The position numbers were made by a program, and so were the translations under genes. Positions 37,852-50,700 of a stretch of DNA of 64,000 bases are shown one piece after another. How positions within the stretch are numbered: position 1 is the first letter of the stretch; each line of letters starts with the position of its first letter. This stretch comes from a virus (taxonomy: Duplodnaviria > Caudoviricetes): the IMG/VR virus record IMGVR_UViG_3300033463_000070, positions 20,700-84,699 of that record; one strand, 5' to 3'. Below the pieces are notes generated by a model. The model was not told where the DNA came from. It saw only the letters and a program-made list of their open reading frames with translations, and did no database searches.

Positions 37852-38229
37852 TTATTGCTCATCTTCCTCGATTTCAGCTGTTTCAATTGGAGCATCAATT
37901 TGCTCTTCCTTTTCGTGTTCAACAACAATTTCTTCTACTTGTTTGTTTCCTGTTATGTATCTTGTTCCTGCTGTGATTACTCCATCGGTTATTTGAGGAG
38001 CTGTATAAGCAGTTACGAAAGCAACATAAGGATTTGCGAACAATTCTGGTTGAGCATATCCAAGCCCAATTGCTGCTGCTATACCTATTATAATGGTAGT
38101 GATAGAACCTAAATTGAACGAAACCTCCCTTCCATTACGATAGAAAGTAGGTAATACAAAACTGCCCTTCATTATAATAAGTCTAAAAACTATTGCGACA
38201 ATTATGACACAATATATTGTTATATCCAT
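37852..38229 (-). CDS. Multi-pass membrane protein with acidic tail (holin-like candidate)
   Basis: 2-3 hydrophobic helices. GGAGG RBS favours ATG 38229. TTTATATA promoter at about 38261-38268. Confidence 0.45.
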   Translation of the reverse strand: MDITIYCVIIVAIVFRLIIMKGSFVLPTFYRNGREVSFNLGSITTIIIGIAAAIGLGYAQPELFANPYVAFVTAYTAPQITDGVITAGTRYITGNKQVEEIVVEHEKEEQIDAPIETAEIEEDEQ

Positions 38230-38279
38230 TGAGTTTCCTCCAAATGTATTTACGTATTTATATATAAATGTTATCATAT

Positions 38280-40448
38280 TTAAATATTTCGGTTTCTTAG
38301 TTCATTACAATCAAATTGTACTGTAATAATAGTACCCTCAACATCAAGTGATATGAATAACATTCCATCTTTGAATTCAATGTCGGCAACTTCAACACTA
38401 ATTTCATCAGATGACATTCCTTTGGTTAATTGAGGAGGAAATTGTTTAATTAAATCAGGAATAATAATAGATATTATTTCATCATTTAATAATTCAAATT
38501 CCACCCCACTTTTCATTTTAATTACTGGTAATATATCATTTTCTTTATAGTCATCTTTCAAAATGATATAAAAATCATCATTTATAATCTTACTCTCCAA
38601 CTTGTTGCACCTCAATTACATGCGTAAAGTTATCTTCATCCTCTACAGCATTTTCTTTTAAAATCAGACGATATTTTTTACCTATTTCTATTTTATCGTA
38701 CATTTCTTTTGCTCGTCCGTCTTTATGGTCTAGTATATAATATGTTTTATTTGTATCGAGAGTTATCAGATAATAATCTGATGCATCTCCATTACCAAAA
38801 AACTTATCAGATACCACACCGGTTTCTGTAGTTATATGTTTACTCGTCACTTCGGTATCTAAAAAAGTAATTCCGAAATAAAGCGAGCAAAAAATAACTA
38901 AAAAAATAATCCAAAAAGCAATACAAAACCTATTATCGTATGCAATTTGTTTAATTTTTTCTTTAAAACTCATCTGTCTCACGCTCTATTTTCGCTTGTT
39001 CACAAGAGTAACATCCATCTACTTCTTGAAAATCAAACTCAATAGAGAATTTTAAATCTTGTAAAAATTTATCATCTAAGAGCTTTATTTCATCATAAAT
39101 CTTTTTGATAAATTGATTTTCAATTTTTTCCTCTTTAACAACCTGAGAAAAAACTAAATGATATACTATTTCTATATCATCATTAGGGTAATATTGGTAT
39201 GTAACATTTTTAATTGAATTTTTAAAATCTTTTTGAATATTAAAAATTATTTCTGTTATTGAAGTATATTTTTCTGATAATACATTATAATTATCTCTTT
39301 GTTGAATCAATGCTTCAAATAAATCTTGAGTGTGAAACAGCCACAGTATTTTTGCTCCATTCCAGTATTTAAATCTAAATTTATCGTCTCTTATATCAAT
39401 AGTTAAAGATGGTAAATCATTTTTTTCATCAATATTTTCGGCTCTAATTTGGTCACTGTACATTACTGTTAAATTAACAAGAAAATTATTTGTATTTAAA
39501 TAATTCATAATCTCTGTTATTTTATCTATACGCTCTTGACAACATAAAAACATACAGATACGTAATTCAATTAAAGTCATATTGGAATTATATTCCTTAA
39601 TAAAATATTCTCCCATCATTCTTCCTCTTTTAGATACTCTTGTGCCATTTTAAGGTTGGGATATAATACTTTAATCATATAATCATTAAAATCTTTCATA
39701 TAATGTTCCATAAAGTCTTCCCTTAAACATACGCTTCTATATAACATTTACTACCCTCACTGATTATTAATTTTTCTAATATATTTATACTAATATTTTG
39801 TAAAAAAATGATACATGAAAATTATCATCTAAACCTTCAATATATTCATTAATAAAATCTTTATTATCTATATTTTTTTTAATTACACTAGGATGTCTAT
39901 CAAAATTTATAATACTATCATAATGCTGATATTGATATTCATTATCTTGTGCTATTTTTTTTAATTTTAAAAAATCTTTTTCATCTAAAATAATATTTTT
40001 TTTATTAAAAATAATATCATGTCTTTCTAAATTTTTTTTTTCATTAGTAAAAACATGATGTTGTAATATCCTACGTAATTTATATTTCATTTTAACTCCC
40101 TATTAGATTTTTGCATACAACTTTTAAATCTATTACAATCTGGAGCTGAACACTCTTGGATTGTAATGTCTTTTTCTTTTTTTAAACAATAACATATATC
40201 GTTTTTTAATTTTTCTATTGTATTCATTGTATTTCTCCATATTTTGTTATTTTTACTATACTATGATACGGATATTCAATTGATTTTCCAACGTCCATAA
40301 AACTTATAACATATTCTCCACAATAAATAGAATCTTTATCAAAATCTTCTCCTGCTCCTACACCAAATTGAACACCATCTTGAAATTCAAATGTAATAAT
40401 AAGATAACCTTGGATACAATTTTCAATATATTCTCTCCATGATATCAT
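38280..40448 (-). CDS. Run of small hypothetical genes (38280-38615, 38590-38982 with N-terminal TM, 38963-39619, a 43-aa ORF near 39616-39747, 39785-40090, a 43-aa ORF near 40093-40224, 40224-40448)
   Basis: ORF track plus direct reading of the gaps. Overlapping stop/start pairs and SD motifs. Confidence 0.5.
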
Positions 40449-40954
40449 TATTCCACCTCATCAAAATATTCAATTAATTGTTTTGCTAATACCATATAAT
40501 TTATTTTATTAACATCAAATAAATATATTTTATCATAAGGATTTTTAGGAAAATTTATTTTTCTATTAATTCTATCATCATCAAAATCATTTTTATCAAT
40601 TTCTCTTTGTAAATAAATTGTGATGATATTTTCATTTAAAAAATTTTTGTAAATCATTTCATATCCATCTTTATCGATGGTATAAATATTTATTTTATCA
40701 TCAACAAATTGGTCGGCAGTTGCGCAATAAAAAAATCCGGCAATTTCAGTTTTGGCAACTACACCAGCACTTTTTATAGTGTCCTGCATTTTTTCTTTTG
40801 ATAAAAATGTATGACCATATTCGTTTTCTTCACGCATTGGTCTATCTGTGTAGGACAATATTGGATGAAATTGAAATGGAAAACTATCACATAATTGTTT
40901 CATTAATGTAGTCTTGCCAACACCTGAATCTCCAAACAACAGTAATATTTTCAT
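40448..40954 (-). CDS. Guanylate-kinase-like NMP kinase
   Basis: GDSGVGKTT P-loop, SYTDRPMRENE..GH.F, FYC. Confidence 0.8.
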   Translation of the reverse strand: MKILLLFGDSGVGKTTLMKQLCDSFPFQFHPILSYTDRPMREENEYGHTFLSKEKMQDTIKSAGVVAKTEIAGFFYCATADQFVDDKINIYTIDKDGYEMIYKNFLNENIITIYLQREIDKNDFDDDRINRKINFPKNPYDKIYLFDVNKINYMVLAKQLIEYFDEVE

Positions 40955-42274
40955 TTAATCACCATTATGTTTTTTGTTAATTGCATCCATATGTACAAAT
41001 ACATCTTTTGCCACTTTTTTCTTTTCTGGATGTTTGCGTGCAAATATCGACATTAATTCAGATGTTTCTCTTCCCGGATTTTCTAAAACAATAGTTTCAC
41101 AAATTTTTTGCATAGATTCAGGAATTGTCACAGCGTTCCATTTTTCAAAAAATAATTTTTCAATTTTTTTCTTTGTTTGTGGATGATTTATTTGTTCTTC
41201 TGTGCAATGTTCTCTAAGATTTTCTATTACATAATTATAATAATGTTTATCATCTTTTTCATATAATTCTTTAATTTGTGACCCATATTCATCAAAATAC
41301 TTATAAATTTCTTTTCTAATATATTTTGAGCTAACTTGGTCACTTTGTCGATGCTTTTCTTCAATATCTTTTGGTTTTATTTTAGTATAAAAATCATGAC
41401 ATTCATCATTTTGACCAAAAGCAACAACTCCTTCAATAAATAATCTCTTATGCTTTTTATAATAATCATCATTTATCATTTGTAATAAGACTTTAATTGT
41501 ATTAAAACAATTATCTATATTTTCAAAAGACTTAGGAAATTTTGCAGTAAATCTATTATAAAAATATTTTTGATAATATTTTTGTAACAACCAGTTATCC
41601 GGATTTATCAATAGCATAAATTTATCATCATTCTTGATGATTTTAAATAAATTTTTGGGTCTTTCTATACCATAACTATATCTATCTAATCTACGAGAAC
41701 CAATCCACCCTCTGCCATAATCATTATCATAATAAATACCTAATAATACCATTTTTAGATATGTATCATAATAATAAATTTCATGTTGATTACGAATACC
41801 GTATAGTTCAACAGCAACAGATGTATTTTCTCCATTACCTTCGAAAATATCTTCAATTGGTTCTAAATCAAGAATTTTCATCATTGATAAAAAGACTTTG
41901 TCTGCTATTGGCATATTTCTTGTTTTTGGGACTATTTCAATAATCCCACCATAATGATTTTGCAATCCATAAAAGACAATATTTGTACCATCTATTTTTT
42001 CATATAAATAGATGCATTCTTGATATTCATCTATTTCATAAGTATAATATTTATTATTAGGTTCAGGATAATGAATTTTAGGGAATCCTTGAACAAATTG
42101 ACCAGTTTTTTTGCCATTAACTTCTGTTATATACAAGGAACCAAGAAAGTAATTATGTTTTTTACAGATATATCCTTTAATATGGTTTTTTTGAGGAGTG
42201 TCTGTTTCAAATGCCATCAAATGTTTTGGATTCATTCCATTAAAATATCGTTCGCAAATTCCCTTTTTATTCAT
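40955..42274 (-). CDS. ATP-dependent RNA ligase (Rnl2/Rnl3-like)
   Basis: QGFPKI, motif I YEKIDGTN, KTR, VELYG, EGVV, KIK. Confidence 0.75.
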   Translation of the reverse strand: MNKKGICERYFNGMNPKHLMAFETDTPQKNHIKGYICKKHNYFLGSLYITEVNGKKTGQFVQGFPKIHYPEPNNKYYTYEIDEYQECIYLYEKIDGTNIVFYGLQNHYGGIIEIVPKTRNMPIADKVFLSMMKILDLEPIEDIFEGNGENTSVAVELYGIRNQHEIYYYDTYLKMVLLGIYYDNDYGRGWIGSRRLDRYSYGIERPKNLFKIIKNDDKFMLLINPDNWLLQKYYQKYFYNRFTAKFPKSFENIDNCFNTIKVLLQMINDDYYKKHKRLFIEGVVAFGQNDECHDFYTKIKPKDIEEKHRQSDQVSSKYIRKEIYKYFDEYGSQIKELYEKDDKHYYNYVIENLREHCTEEQINHPQTKKKIEKLFFEKWNAVTIPESMQKICETIVLENPGRETSELMSIFARKHPEKKKVAKDVFVHMDAINKKHNGD

Positions 42275-43637
42275 TTATTCACCATCATTTTCCATCTTTT
42301 TAGCAAATTCTTCATATTCTTTTTTTAAATCTCCAACTCTCATATTGTCAACGTCTTTTTTGTCTAAAATCTGATGATAATATCTTAAAGTAAGAAGATT
42401 ACCCACAACAGTAGCAATCATATCCTCATACTCTTCATCAGTGGAATGTAAAAACTTATCTATATTATCCTTATATTCTTTTTCCCCTACCTCAATCATA
42501 GTCATTAATTCAGGAACTAACATATTTTCTACTTCTTCGATGATTTCTCTTTCATCATCATTCAACTCGTCCATATTTAACATAAAGACCCTCTATTTAA
42601 TTATAATTTCACCATCATTTAATGATTTACAAATTCCTTCAATTTTAGCTTGAATTTCTTGCCTATTTTCTTCATCAAACTTCATTTCAACAATATCATT
42701 ATGTCGTTTTTTATCAACAATTATTAATCTTTGTCCTCTAATGGTAATTTCGTATCTACAATTATCAGCCAAAAAATCATTCATTGCTTTATCAATATTT
42801 AATATTAATTTCTCTTCATATGCCATATTATCACCTAATCTTGAATTTCATCGGTCGGATTTTCAACTACTGGTTGTTCTGTTATTTGTTCTTCCTCTGT
42901 GATAACTGGTACTAATTGTATAATAACAGCAGACAGATTTTCAGCATTTACTACTTGGGTAGCATTTTCATATCCTTCTTTTGATACAAGAACTTCATAA
43001 TAATCTTGTTGTTGTAAGCCCGAAAGCATACATTCTCCAGTATTACCGGTAATTCCAGTTACATCTCCTATAGTTACTGTAGCTCCCTCAATAGTAAAAG
43101 GCTCTCCTTCTATTAAACATACTACATTCACCCAAGCAGTTATTGATTCCACTTCATCTTCCACTGGAACTTTTACAATCTCTACATATTTAGATATATC
43201 CTGTTTTCTAAGCCATTGTAAAAATTCAGGAATAGTATAATCATAAATAGTAGGCTTTTTTTCAAACAATCCTTTTCTCATATGTCGTTTCATCATTAAT
43301 ATTCCTCCGTTATTGGTAATCTTAATTTTATCATCATTCTTTTGTGTAGGTATGAAACTCCTATTTTAAATTTTAAAATTTTTAATCCACCAAATCCTAT
43401 AAATAATTCTCTTATATCTAATTCATCAACTGGTCTTTGATAACAGACAGTAATTAAGAAATCTTGAACACTACAATGTTCTATTTTATAATCCCGTCCT
43501 AAAATTAGTCCTTGTTCTGATAGAGTGTTTTCAATTCTGTCAAACGCTTCCTTAGTATTAATAAAATCACCTCTATTTTTAGTGATACAATATCTATCCA
43601 TAGAAGTATATAAACCTTTCTGTAGGACAGTAAGCAA
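42275..43637 (-). CDS. Four small genes (42275-42583, 42593-42826, 42835-43296 with a PEGA/carboxypeptidase-regulatory-like domain, 43296-43637)
   Basis: ORF track. IEGATVTIG...TGNTGEC...YEVLVSKEGYE is typical of the Cna-B/PEGA-like fold. Confidence 0.5.
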
Positions 43638-43671
43638 AATAAAAAAAAGTAAAAGAATAAGTAGGAATTAA

Positions 43672-44244
43672 TTAGTTCATGTTTTTATCTGATTCATTTA
43701 TTTCTTTTGCTAATTTATCCATTTTTTCTTTCGAAATATTAACTGCTATTCTTTTTCCATTGTATTTAACACCATATTTTTGTTTTTTTGACGGGGTAAA
43801 ACCTGCTTTTACTACTCTTGCATAATTTTTCCAATTATGATTTCCTTTTTCTGTTTTTATTATAGACATTTTACTTCTATATTTATTTTTCTGCTCATCT
43901 GACTGTAAACTAAAAGTATCTCCACCCTGCCCACCAAAAGTTTTATTATAACCATAATTTCGATTAAAAGTTTCTAATAAATTAATAAAATAAATTTCAT
44001 ATTTATTAGCCAAATTATCTGTATAATTATCTAATATATATAATGAATGAAAAATAAAAAAATCTTCACCATAATTATTCCATGCATTTTGAAGATGTTT
44101 ATTTTTATGTTTATTTGTAACTAAAGCCCAATGATGTTCATTAAATCTTTTTTGCATGTTTTTAGTTTTACCAATGTATTTTTTATTATTACACAAATTT
44201 GTAATACAATATATTCCAGATAATTTTTTAAATCTCTCAAACAT
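43672..44244 (-). CDS. GIY-YIG homing endonuclease
   Basis: GIYCI...KYIGKT.N...RF..H...L..NKH.N.HLQNAWN.YG...E...I...GYN.T.GG. Confidence 0.9.
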   Translation of the reverse strand: MFERFKKLSGIYCITNLCNNKKYIGKTKNMQKRFNEHHWALVTNKHKNKHLQNAWNNYGEDFFIFHSLYILDNYTDNLANKYEIYFINLLETFNRNYGYNKTFGGQGGDTFSLQSDEQKNKYRSKMSIIKTEKGNHNWKNYARVVKAGFTPSKKQKYGVKYNGKRIAVNISKEKMDKLAKEINESDKNMN

Positions 44245-44284
44245 AATAACTTAATCCTAAAAAAAATAATTTAATTAACAAGAA

Positions 44285-44620
44285 TCACTCTCTTGTTAAT
44301 ATACTTGTGTAATGTCTTTTTCCTCCGGATTTATCATGTCCACATACACAAAAATCCGAACTACATCGTTTGCAAGTCAACTCCCGTTCTGGAACCCCTT
44401 TTGGGTTCTTTGATAAACAATTATAATGTTTACAATTTGGGCAGTAATTAACATAAGTTCGAGTTCTCCAAGTATAAGACTGTTTGCAACAAGACTTACA
44501 ACTTGGTTTTCCTGTTAAGGTGATTTTGGGTTTTGTTTTCTTTTTTTTAGTTACTTGTTTTTTAGTAACTTGTTTTTTAACTTGCTTTTTACTAACTTTT
44601 TTTGCTGCATCTTCTTGCAT
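44285..44620 (-). CDS. Cys-rich protein with a Lys-rich linker; probably has an upstream N-terminal membrane anchor
   Basis: KPSCKSCC...YVNYCPNC...NPKGVPERELTC..C..DFC.CG. The reading frame stays open upstream through a hydrophobic stretch to about 44689. Confidence 0.6.
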   Translation of the reverse strand: MQEDAAKKVSKKQVKKQVTKKQVTKKKKTKPKITLTGKPSCKSCCKQSYTWRTRTYVNYCPNCKHYNCLSKNPKGVPERELTCKRCSSDFCVCGHDKSGGKRHYTSILTRE

Positions 44621-44730
44621 TGCAACAAATATCCCTGTTAATAATAATACCGTAAGTATTATTACTAAAAATTTTTTTTCCTTAGCGATAACACACTCCT
44701 ATATTTCATCTTTATTTATGTTTGTATAAA

Positions 44731-44745
44731 CTATATAAATGTTTC
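44731..44745 (-). promoter_or_regulatory. BRE-TATA promoter, identical 15-mer to 36551-36565
   Basis: CTATATAAATGTTTC occurs at both sites (minus strand GAAACATTTATATAG). Confidence 0.7.
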
Positions 44746-47700
44746 TAATTTTCTTTTTGCCGATTCTGGCCACCATTCGGTTACAGCTACAAAAATAAAG
44801 TCTTCTCCGTCCTTTAGCTCTGTCCAACATTCATAGGCAATGTCATGTGTTTCGTCGTATAAACAGGGAGTCGCCCAATCGCTAGCGAAACATCTACTCC
44901 ATGGAGCATTAGCGGGCTCTCCGCTTTCTAATATTTTAGCAGCGCTGAATGTGTAATCCTCAGCTAAAGCACCAACCGCATCTCGTAATTCTAATTGTTG
45001 AATAATAGAAACTGCTTTATCCCAATCAAATTTACGTATCTTACCCAATTTCATCGGCTTTTCATCAGGAGCATGACTTTTTATTTGTATCTCTTTCATT
45101 AAACCTCACCTCATACTATTTTTATCGAAATAAGAATATCTAAACACACTATTACAGTGGTTAATATCAATAATACTATCATCATCCAGTATAATCGTTC
45201 GAATTTATCCATTATTATCACAATCGCATCTCATTTTTAAAAATATGACCATAAATGCAATCATTATTATAGTCATTGAGCCATATTTGATTAAATTTAA
45301 AAGCAATGCATAATACAATATATCCATCATCATCACCACAATATTATCATCTTTTAGTTGCGTACCAGCATGCATATAAAAAAATAATTCCAAATAAAAT
45401 CTCTAAACCTACTTCATTCATTTATCTCCCCGTCTAATCTCATTATTTCTATTTCTATCTGTTCCAATACTTCCATTTCGCCAAGTAAAGGTCCAGTGGG
45501 ACCACCAAGTCTAACAGTATTATGATACATTTCATTATTTTCATCTATCTTGTTTTGTACAAAAACCTTAATTGCTTGCCATTTTTCTTCCGCATTCATT
45601 TTAATCATCCAATCCTAATGCCCAAATCCCAAAATCATTAAATAATTCATCAACTTTTTCAGAAGTATATCCTTCTTTTTTAATTAAGAATTTTTTAAAC
45701 TTCTCAAGCTGACCATCTTCCTCTCGATATTTGCGATATTTCTCGTTTTGTCGATGTTGGGCTTTGTACAATTCATCCTCAAGTCTTTTTTTAATATAAA
45801 ACCATCTTTCAAGTTCCTCATAATCATCCTCTCGTACTATTTGTTGTTCTAATAAATATTCAATTTCCTCGATATCAGATGGATACATATCCATCTCAAC
45901 TACATCTTCACTCATCCTTATCTTCCTCGTTCTCTTTGCGCTTTTTTTGGATATATTGATATATTTTACAATTCTTCTTTATAAATTTTTTGACTTTATT
46001 CATTTTGGTTTTCCTCCCATAAATTTTCTAATTCATGTATAGGTAAAGGTTCTGAAACATCAAGTTCTGCATCAAGCATTTGTTTAACAAAATCGTCACG
46101 ATATATTCGTGAGGAGTGTATCAACAAAGTGTCTTCTGCTTCATCGAATAATGATAATGGTACATTACACCAGAACCAAATATCTAACATTTTTCTTTCG
46201 GCTTTTGTTAAACCAATTTCATTATTACAAGCCTCGACATATTTTTTAGCATGCTCAACTGTTCTAAATTGTAACGTGTTCCCTTCGGTTAAACTATCTT
46301 TAATAACATTATATCCCTCTTCTTTACTACATCCTTCCATTAAATCGCAAATATCGCAAGTTCCATAACTTCCTCTCCATAAAAATATGAAACCTTTATA
46401 TTCGAAGATAATATAAAAATTTCCTTGATATTCGTCTGGGTCTTGATATTTAGCTAGCACAAGAACTTCTGGTTTTGTATAATATTCAAAAGCTACATCC
46501 ATATCACTTCCATTCCAACAAGGACCACGTTCTTCGGGTAATTCTTTTTCAGGCATATATAATATTTCGTCTATGAGATTAATTCGCCATGGAGCTTTTA
46601 AAGGAAGCAAGTAATCAATTAAGTGATTTCGTATGGTGGTTTCAATGGGTCTTTCTGCATCGTTCTGAATAGGTCTGCTGGTAGTGTGTATGTTATCGAC
46701 CCGTTCTTCTCGTTTATCTCCACTTGCTTTTTTTCGACCAACCCCTCTTCATCAGTGTATTTAAATGCTTCAGGATTTTTTAAAAATTCAGCAAATAATT
46801 CAGAAGAACCTTCAGCTAAATTATTAATTTCTTTGAATAATTCTTTTATATCATCAACATTATCCCAAATATATGATTTGTCTTTTTCGATATCATATAC
46901 AGCAAGAACAGTATGTTCTATGCCACCAGTTTTTTTAGTTATAACTCTAAATCTATTTTTCATTTTTTGCCTCCTTAAGCTCTTTATCGAGCTTATTTAA
47001 AACATTAACGCAATCTTCGGACATTCCAAAATTAATTTTTGTACGAATATCTGCAATTGCATATGTATCGTTATTCTCATCCACTAAAGGAATAAATCGT
47101 GGAACATCTGAATTATCAAATTCCGGCTCCATTGGTTCACCTTCATGTGATATAAAATCACCATAAAGTGATACAAATTTTCTTCTAATTTTTAACAAAT
47201 CATCTCTGATTTGCCTAAAATCATCAACATAATTTTGTTTTGGGTAATAAGAAAAGTAAGCAAATAACTGACTAAAATTGTCTTCAAAAAGTGTCATTTG
47301 CGCAAGTTCGGAACTAATTTCATCCAAAATTTTATCAACTTCGCTTATCATTTCATAGCCTCCTCTATTGCTTCATATATATGTAACAATGCTTTTGAAT
47401 ACTCAAAATCAAGCTGACCATACCCAAATTTATCCTTTATTAATTTTAACAACATAATTAAATCACTATTTCGACATATAACTGTCGTATGGGTTTCATC
47501 ATTCACAAATTTATCTCCTACTTTTCTGTATTTTTTTATTACTTTAGGTTGATGATTCTTATATTTATCCCAAGTGATAGAATTTAAATAATTAGTATCT
47601 ATCACCTTTTTTTTAGTAACTTTTCTTTTGTCTTTGTATTTTTCTGTATCTACCATAGAATTACAGTAGTTTATATAATCCTCACTCATATTTGAGCCTC

Positions 47701-50700
47701 ACTCTTTCGTTTCTTTTTTCTATTATTTGTTTCTCAATGCAATCATATAATTCTTCAGGATATACAAAATATAAATCATCACCATCTATGATATGAAAAT
47801 TATATCTAAAAACATCTTCAAGATTTTCAAATCCCGCTAAATGAATTAAGTCATATGCATGATATAAATTTAATTCATTTTTGCAAAAATTGTATATATC
47901 CAAATCTATATTATCTATAGATTGATAGAAACCCGGAATTTGATATATATCATTGAAAAGTTTTTTTAAATCAAAATCCACAAGTACCATATTATCACCA
48001 TAATAATTATAATTGGCAAGTAAGATAGCAAGAAAAAAATTATTGCTTGCTGTCTTGTTGTGAGTCGTTCGATTTCATGCAGTACATTTTGTAACATTCA
48101 TCTACCCATTTTCTAGTTTCTTTATCGCAACCTTCCTTGAGATAATCATAGAACATTTGATTATCAAAAGTTCTTTTTATATCATCAGCGACTTCAGCTG
48201 CATTTTTATCATACTGGTCTAGCATAACATTAATAAGAGTTACCATTTCAGCTATATCAGCATAATCATCTAATGTTTCTGTATACTCTTCTAATGCATT
48301 TATAATGTTCATAAAAAAGTATTCACTTAATTCAAAATGTATCTTGTTGCTCATGTAATTCCTCCAATTTTTTTAGGGAATCTTTATCCCAAACATCTTC
48401 ATCATAGTCTTTAATAGTGACTATTTCATGATTGTAAAATACATATTTTTTTGGTCTTAAGACTCCAAATTCTGTTAATAATTTAATTGGACCGCTCCAT
48501 TCCATATTAAATGGTCCTAATTCTTCTTTTGTTTCTTTATTAATTAAATAATAATTGTAAACTAACCTATTTTTATCAGCTTTGCTAAATATAGGTGTTC
48601 CTGTATTTATATGCCACATTAATAACCAAGTCATTTTATCAACCCTTTTCTTCTATATTCCGTTAATTTATCCAAATGTATAGTAAATAATTTTTGATAT
48701 TCTGTATAGTAATCATCGCTAGCAACATCCCAATATGGATAAAAACTAAAAGGCATATTGTGAGCCACCATTCTCATACACAACTCATTCCATTCTAATT
48801 TTGTTTGTAAATTCATAGCACGTCCACGATAATCACATGCTTCATTAATTAAATCAATCCAAAGTGATACTGGATATCCTTTGTTTTGAAATGCTATTAA
48901 CACTGCTTTAAATTCTAATGAATCTTCTTTTTGTGCTGCACCTGCACGCAAGCAATTAAAAAAGCAAATATCAATTTCTGCTTCTGTCACTTCCGGGTAT
49001 TTGGGTGGCGCTATAGATATTGTTTCAACCATCAAGCATCACTCCATCAAAAAATCCTACATGTTCATATAAACGTTTTTCTACCATTTTACACCATTTA
49101 AAATTATATTCAAACCACTTTTTATCATCATCACAACACATTTTAAATTCATAAATTAAATTTTCATCCCAATGAGATAAAATATGATAATAAATAAAAA
49201 ATTGTTTCATATCAAACCCTCAATTTGGATTTTAATTTTTCATATATTGTTCTATCATCCTTTATTTCTATTTTACCTTGAAGATATTCTTCAATTATTT
49301 GTTTACCTGCTTTCGCAAACGCATGATTAAAAGCTTTATCATGTTTAATAGAAATTTCTAATACATTATGATGTTCTTTTAAATCTCGTACTGCATTATA
49401 ATTTCCAAGGTCATCCACAACAAATCTATCTATTTTACAATTCATTTCTCAACCTCCATATTTGCAATATTTGCAATTTTTTATTGATAATATAAATATT
49501 TTATTGATAATATAATTATTCCCAATTTTCCAATGGACATTGTTTCGCTAATTTTTTGAGTCTTTTTCTTTGATATTCAAGATTATTAAGATTGTTATCA
49601 TAATATCCACTATTAACCTGATATCTTGTTAATTCGCATTCAACTGCACCTAAATAATAATTAAAGAAGTGTGGGCAGTCTTCACAACTTCTTATTTTCA
49701 TTTTTTTGGAACTATTTTAGTATGTTCGCAAGCAAAATCTTCATATTTATTTAATAATTCAATTAATTCTCCACCAACAATATACTTATTCAAAGAACGA
49801 GAATAAACTCCTCGTTCAGTCATTACATATTCTTTATACATAACTATTTTTCTCCTTAAAATTTTCACATCTTATCATAGGTTTAAATACATTATCATGT
49901 TCACATATAAAAGACACCACAGGAATATAATGTTCATCGATTTTATCTATTCCTGCTTCAATTTTAAAATGCTCACAAAAAGGACAACCTCTATAATTTT
50001 CATACATTTTAATCTTCCCATAGGGGCTTTACAGTACTCCAATTCACATGAGGAAGTGGTACAATATCATATTCAACATCATCACAAAAATGACAATAAC
50101 TCTCTGTACAATATTCACATCGCCAACTAACACGATGATAACCTCTGACTTTTAATTCAGCATCTGTCATATCCTCTAAATTTTTTCTCTTACCAACACT
50201 TTCATCTGATAAATCTGTTGTTTCATAATCTATCATATCTTCTGATTTTGTATTTTCTTTATCAATGCATTTGCCTGATAATAAATCTGTTATTACACTC
50301 ATTTTATCACCCAATATCCTCCTTGTATTCTATATTGCATTAATTGCATCCACGCTTTACCACATCTCATAAGAGCTGGGTCAAATTCGCTCCATGTGCT
50401 CACTATTGCTCGAGCTATAATTTCTAATCGTAACTCATTCCAATCTGCACACAATGGATATGTTTTGTGTTGCCCCAAATACATTATTACCATCCTTTCT
50501 TTTCGTAATAATCAGGGTCATCATGTTTCTCAAAAGCAACTAATTTTTTAAAAGCAGCGAAGCAATTATGATAATATTTGTCATAGATAAACATTCTGCA
50601 CGTTTGACAGCGTTCATCTTGACTTACTTCATTTATCATTGCTCCTAAATCATAAAATCGCTCTAATCCTTCAAAAAATAACAAATGAGATGTTATTTGT

